A stretch of 64,000 nucleotides of DNA from Phaeosaccion multiseriatum (taxonomy: Eukaryota; Protista; Ochrophyta, other classes): NCBI GenBank assembly GCA_965112735.1, contig OZ218954.1, positions 1,178,001 through 1,242,000 of the forward strand, read 5' to 3'. The translations under genes were made by a program, and so were the position numbers. Below the pieces are notes generated by a model. The model searched no databases and was not told the origin of the DNA. It was given only the letters and a program-made list of their open reading frames with translations. Shown here piece after piece: positions 23,150-64,000 of this stretch. The first letter of the stretch is position 1. Each line of letters opens with the position of its first letter.

Positions 23150-24035
23150 CAAGCAATGGATGAGCCCGAGGCTATTGGGAGGGCCAAAATTGGGTGCGCC
23201 GACACCCAATGTGAGATGAAGCGCTGTTTGTGGATGAGTGGTACGAAGAGAAAGAAATACGGCACTAGGGAGAAGCATAAGCTCCTCCTCATCAAGGCCA
23301 TCTTGAGCAGCGTGATCTCGATCTAGAACGGTCAGAAAAGGGCTCTACTTCCCTCCATGTCTTGGCCGAGGGCATGGCTAGCAAGGGCCCGGACAGCACA
23401 CGGGCTCGTAAAGGCCGCGATGCCGTGGAAGAGCGAGGCACACATGTGCGGGAAAGCGCCGTCTTGCTGAAGAAATGCGGACTCAACCTCGACTCCAAAC
23501 GGGAGAGCGATGGCGCTTCGGCACTAGCGCTCGCCGTCGACAACGGATGTTGCGACTTGGTGGAGGGCCTCGTAGAGGCGGGTGCAGACGTGAACTTGGA
23601 GAGCAAGCACCATGGTGCGATGTTGACTCCTCTGGCCTGTGCTGCGCGGACGGGTGGCTTCGGCATGGTGAGGTACTTGCTGAAGCATGACGCGAGATGG
23701 AGGGGCAGCGAAGCCTTGCACCACGCAGCGGCCTCTGGGAGTTACAGGTGTGTGGAACTGCTCGTCGGGGATGGCGCCGACCCGAATGAGACGGCCAAGG
23801 ACGGTCGCACGCCGGCCCAGTGGTGCTTCCCCCTTTGGCGGGAGGAGAAGACCTGCTGAAGAACGGCGCCGACGTGCACATACGAGAGGAGAATGATGAG
23901 TCTGTCTACACTCAGCTGCACTCTGCGGCGGGCTTGGGTGACCATGCCTGCATCCCCGTGCTTATCAAGGCGGGACTGGAGGTCGACGTTAGGGACAACA
24001 ACCACTTCACCCCGCTTCACTGGGCACGCTTTGCA
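23150..24035 (+). pseudogene. Truncated, frameshifted duplicate of the ANK-BTB gene
   Basis: Aligns to ~16450-17425. A 37-bp deletion (equivalent to 17209-17245) at ~23852 shifts the frame, there are further indels/stops upstream, and similarity ends at FTPLHWA. Confidence 0.88.
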
Positions 24036-24532
24036 GTTCGCGTGCGAGGTCGACCCTCCTTCCCCTGCGCTGAAGGTGATGAGGGAGAGCGAGGTTACCT
24101 CGGCTTGGGGGGGGGAGCAATTGAGCTATGCACACGCACGCGCGTGTGAGAGGCGTAAGAGGAGCGATCGACCATACTCACTCGTACACAGGAAGACATG
24201 TTTTAAGGGCGATTAGTTAAATGAAGGGGTTTTGATGAACCACATCACTCTCCTGCCGCCTACTCGTCCACCTCCCTACTCTTTCACGTACCTACTTACC
24301 CATCCACGCGCAGCACACTCCTGCGTGCGCACCGAGAAGCGATAAGAGCTGCTGCTGCCATCTATGCAATCCTACTAGTTGGGGTTGACTGACCCAACTA
24401 GAACCTTTCACCCCCCTCGGGACAGCAGGAAAATCAGCTCGCTTCCCCCCTTAAATAAACAACCTCAGGCTCTTTCCCAAAGCAGCGGGGGTTGGAGAGA
24501 GCTTTCCCCACACCAGCGCAGCGCCGCCGATC

Positions 24533-25932
24533 ATGGAGCTAGGACATGCCGTCGAGGTAGGTATGGAATGGAGAGGGGGCCTAGATATCAAGTCAGGAGG
24601 GGCGAGGAGCGGCCGTATGACACAGAGGGCATGACAAGGTGTAGAAGCCCGTCCCTTTGTGGCCCTCCCTTCGCTCACTCTTGTCCTGCCCCCCTACTCG
24701 CCGCGGTCTTCCTCTATCTCTCACACATCACTGCTGTAAGTCCTTGTCTCTCGCTCTCTTCATACTCACTCTTTGCCCCTTCATTATGTTTTACCTCTGT
24801 TTACCCTCTCTCTGCCTCTCTCTCCCTCTCTCTCCCTCCTTCTCCCTCCCTCGATCTCTCTTCCTCTCCCTCGCCGCCCCCCTCACCTCCCACATCCACC
24901 CCACAGCAGAGGCGTCTATACCGGGCAATACGAAATGGAGCGGAGGTTACAGAGCTCGAGACCTTCCTGACAACGCTAGTTGCTGATCTCGGTCAATCCT
25001 TTTTGGAGCAGACATTCGAGAATGATGGGACTACACCAATGGTCTTGGCGGCGCGGTGGAGTCACCCAGACGTTGTGGACCTCCTGCTCCAGCAAGGGGC
25101 CACTGTCAGCACTGGAGGACGCTTGGGCAAGACGCCCTTGATAGCAGCCAGTCAGCACGGAAGGGTCGACATGGTAGAGAAACTGTTGGCCAGAGGAGCG
25201 TCAGTCGACCAAGCCGACGACTTTGGAATGACCCCCTTGCTGTGGGCATCCTCACGCGGGAGTACTTCAGTGGTGAAGAGACTCATCTCTGCAAACGCAA
25301 CGCTCGACAAACAGGACAGAGAGGGGAACACGGCGCTCTCGCTGGCTTCACGGCATGGACATGCGCCTGTGGTACGGCAGTTGCTGACTGCCAAAACGGA
25401 GCGCGAGAGGGAGAATGGATGCACTCGGCTCATCATGTCAGTGATCAAGAAGCTCCGGTCAAGACCCGCGATTGTCGACGATAAGCGAGATGAAGCAAGA
25501 GCGACTTCGCTAAGGCTAGCATCCATGTACGGGCACACGGCAGTGGTGGAAGTGCTGTTGTCTGCCCAGGTCAAGGTAGACCTTCCGGATGACGAGGGAC
25601 GCACGGCTCTCATGCTTGCGTCGTGGGAAGGGAACTCAACAATTGTGGAGCGGCTCATCTCCGCGAAGGCAAACGTGAATGCCACAGACAGTCAAGGATG
25701 GACAGCGCTGATGATGGGAGTAGCGGGGTGCAGTGCCGAAGTCCTTAGGGCCCTTTTAGACGCTGGCTGTGACCTTGATGCTCGCAGCACAGCACCCGAA
25801 GTGGACATGACGGCTACGGACCTGGCGTACGATTGCGGGTATACCGCCCTTGCCACGTTAATTCTCGAAGAGCGTGCCAGGAGAGCAAGAGAGCGAAGCA
25901 GGCAAAGAGAGGCGCAGGTATTTAGGGCCTAA
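24533..25932 (+). CDS. Ankyrin-repeat protein (ANK-C), 2 exons
   Basis: Exon 1 24533-24556 (MELGHAVE, GAG|GTAGGT) and exon 2 24907-25932 after a CT-rich tract (CCACAG|CAG). About 8 ankyrin repeats. The N-terminal cap is homologous to ANK-A (LEQTFENDGTTPM vs LEQPIENQGYTPM). Confidence 0.85.
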
Positions 25933-26951
25933 GGAGAGTGGAGAAGGCGAAGAGAGGCGCGGGTAGCTAGGGCCTAAGGAGAGTGCAGAAGTGCAGTAGC
26001 GCAGCAGTGGGGACGTGGGGGTGTGGTGGCTGGCTTGTTTGTTTGGAGCAACGGAGGCCAGTGTGGGTGTCCTTCGAAACGTGCATCAAAAGGCCTCTGG
26101 AGGCCGGACTTTCGTCCGTCTCCTCTCTCTCTCTCTGGGTAATCCGATTTCTTCTTGTCCTGATGGCTCCTGATCCCTACAAATTCTTCTGGCTGATGCA
26201 AACTCGAGCGTCCTCCCCATTCTTCTCCAACGTACATGTGGTGTTGCTTTCTGTCGTAGATTCTGCGTGGCGCAAGTGGCTCGTTGGGATGAGGTCTAGA
26301 GCGAGGAGGGGGGAGAGGAGCAAGCCACAGCAGCAGCACTGGGCGGCAACTCTAAGGAGCAGGCCCTCCTTTGCCGAAAGACCGGCCATTCGGATCAGCA
26401 GAGACGTGAAAGAAAGCCCCCGTCTAGACCGCCTCTCTCCCTCAGATCCCAACGTGCTCAGTGTGCTCCATGTGCTCCATGTCCTCCATGTGCCCCATAT
26501 GCTCGCTCGTATGGGCTGCCATACTTTGGTGAAGGCACGTAGCTAGCGTCTCGGAGAAGTCACTCTCGTCTCTCCGATATCCCCACCTTGCTCTCCCACG
26601 TCTCGCTGTTCATTCACGCTTGAGAGTGCACGAAAGTCTGACCCAAAGGAGAGAAGCATTTGATCCAAGATTACAAGCCGACCTGTTAAATAACTAATGA
26701 TTCTATCTACTTCTGAAGTACACTGCTTGCCCCCACCCTCCTCTTCGTACGTGATGCCCCTCACCTGCTGGCACCTATTCACACTATCCATTATGTACTA
26801 TCCTCCCCCCAAAGATACGCTAATGTTGGCCCCTAATGCCTAATGCTATTTGATTACTACTTGACACATCACGGCCTTGCACCCGCCCCGCGTGTGTTCC
26901 TCTCAATCAATCACTCCATCCATCAATCAACCAGTCAACCATCTCCATCCC

Positions 26952-64000
<37,049 letters not shown>

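Noticed and set aside
12460-26000. Endogenous giant-virus or Polinton insertion
   Set aside because: No capsid, polymerase, integrase or packaging ATPase and no terminal repeats were seen, and two ANK genes appear to share a spliceosomal intron position.
25983-26546. 187-aa ORF downstream of ANK-C
   Set aside because: Non-ATG start and no recognisable motifs; probably 3'UTR or intergenic sequence between convergent genes.

Overview
Eukaryotic, intron-dense DNA from a plastid-bearing stramenopile (ochrophyte), inferred from the bipartite signal + 'VAF-LAP' (ASAFAP-type) presequence on FabZ. Most ORFs in the six-frame track are artefacts of microsatellite-filled introns. From left to right: (1) the 5' part of an 18+-exon NAT10/KRE33 gene (minus strand), head-to-head with (2) a 4-exon plastid-targeted fabZ; (3) a 2-exon gene for a secreted Gly/Arg-rich + Ser/Asp-rich protein with an RxL motif, a biomineralisation-like candidate; (4) a ~14 kb intron-poor island of ankyrin-repeat genes, two decayed copies, an ANK-BTB gene, a 184-bp MITE and an orphan repeat protein; (5) one giant minus-strand gene from beyond 64000 to 26952. 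I traced it by hand as 59 phase-consistent exons (~14.1 kb CDS, ~4,700 aa in the window) with the order LRR - Sfi1-like - ~15 IQ - KOW-like - C2 - F5/8-like - split Ig with Zn-ribbon insert - MORN - dynein-stalk/MTBD-like - coiled coil - WW. Introns are strongly polarised: G-rich repeats follow donors, and C-rich, often complementary, repeats precede acceptors.
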